NCBI GenBank assembly: GCA_039621445.1
Contig: CP154954.1
Location: 28,638,417 to 28,702,416, forward strand
DNA: 64,000 bases
Source of the DNA: Euglena gracilis
Taxonomy: Eukaryota
Direction: 5' to 3'
The notes under the pieces were generated by a model, which made no database searches, was not told the DNA's origin, and worked only from the letters and a program-made list of their open reading frames with translations. Numbering within the stretch: position 1 is the stretch's first letter; every line of letters begins with the position of its first letter. Made by a program: the position numbers and the translations under genes. This document shows positions 63,143 to 64,000 of the stretch, in pieces.

Positions 63143-64000
63143 GTGTTGTGTGTGTGTGCGTGTGTGTGTGCACACGTGTGCGTTTGCATCTGCTCACATG
63201 TGCCTGCCTGCATGTGCGTGCGTGCGTGGTGTGTGCATGCGCGCGCGTGTGTGTGGATTCAGATGCACATATATAGCGTTCATGTGTGCCTGTCGGTGTC
63301 TTTCTTAAGCCGGAGGGGACCTGGCAGGCTGGTAGAACCATCCCTTGATGCTGTTGGCGAACAGAATTGGGAAGCAGAGCCCCCCCCCCCTTAGTCAAGT
63401 TTCCGGGCTCAGTCAAGTTTCAAGCATTCCCTGGCTTGGATCTGTTGGTACCGGAACAACTCCCCGCCAGGTGTGAAAATGGTGCCAGAGGATGAAGAAG
63501 AACGTTGCAAAAAAGAATGAAAATAGCACAAGGAGCAACTTACTGAAGGTGGAAGCAGGATATTTGTACAAGGCAGCAGCTGTGTATGCAGCCGCACACT
63601 CAGCAAAACACACAACTCGAGACACACATGCACACACACACAAACACACGCAGACATGCAAACACACACACAAATGCACAAAAGAACACAATTTATCATC
63701 CACACCACACTGGCACATGCACACACACACACACACACTAACACACCCACGCACATAACCACCCACCTACCCACCCACACATCTGGGCGCACCCACGCAC
63801 CTACGCACCTACAAGATGTGTATGTACGCATGCACAAGAATGTAAGCTGGTACAGACCAATATTACACCTTCCCATGATGCTTGCTCTTCCCTTTGAGGG
63901 CCCAGAGTGTTTTTCTACAGGCAGCGATGATGTGAGCAGGCTCTGTGGCTGCGGGCCAGCAAGTTTCATCTCGTGTTTCAATTCTTCATTGCGTCTCGCC

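Noticed and set aside
1-64000. Several hundred short ORFs in the supplied track, rich in poly-Pro/Gly/Lys/Phe
   Set aside because: They translate homopolymer runs and MITE sequence, overlap in all frames and show no codon bias. Only the exon fragments listed are supported.

Overview
Eukaryotic nuclear DNA, almost certainly from a euglenid (inferred from intron architecture). It is gene-sparse and full of short inverted-repeat elements, G/C homopolymer runs and microsatellites, so nearly all entries in the supplied ORF track are spurious. I assembled three split genes by hand. (1) A complete 13-exon, 475-aa UDP-glucose 6-dehydrogenase on the minus strand (20494->4147). All 12 of its introns lack GT-AG ends and instead have base-paired ends, mostly CAG at +4..+6 and CTG at -8..-6 (euglenid nonconventional introns). 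(2) An unrecognised multi-exon plus-strand gene (~28805-48839), only partly resolved. (3) A SIN1/Avo1-like TORC2 subunit on the plus strand (~51632 to past the window end) that mixes nonconventional and GT-AG introns. Main observation: the nonconventional introns look like the window's own MITEs. Free elements have CA(G/T)...(C/A)TG terminal inverted repeats with 7-8 bp target-site duplications (TSDs). Several introns start with the same terminal sequence, some retain degenerate 7-8 bp TSDs, and the 3+5 nt splice register is what removes one element plus one TSD copy. This suggests a hAT-like, introner-type intron-generating system. Also present: a CRE-like non-LTR retrotransposon relic, a 3-kb TIR element inserted in telomere-like repeats, TA-flanked MITEs, fold-back elements and simple repeats.
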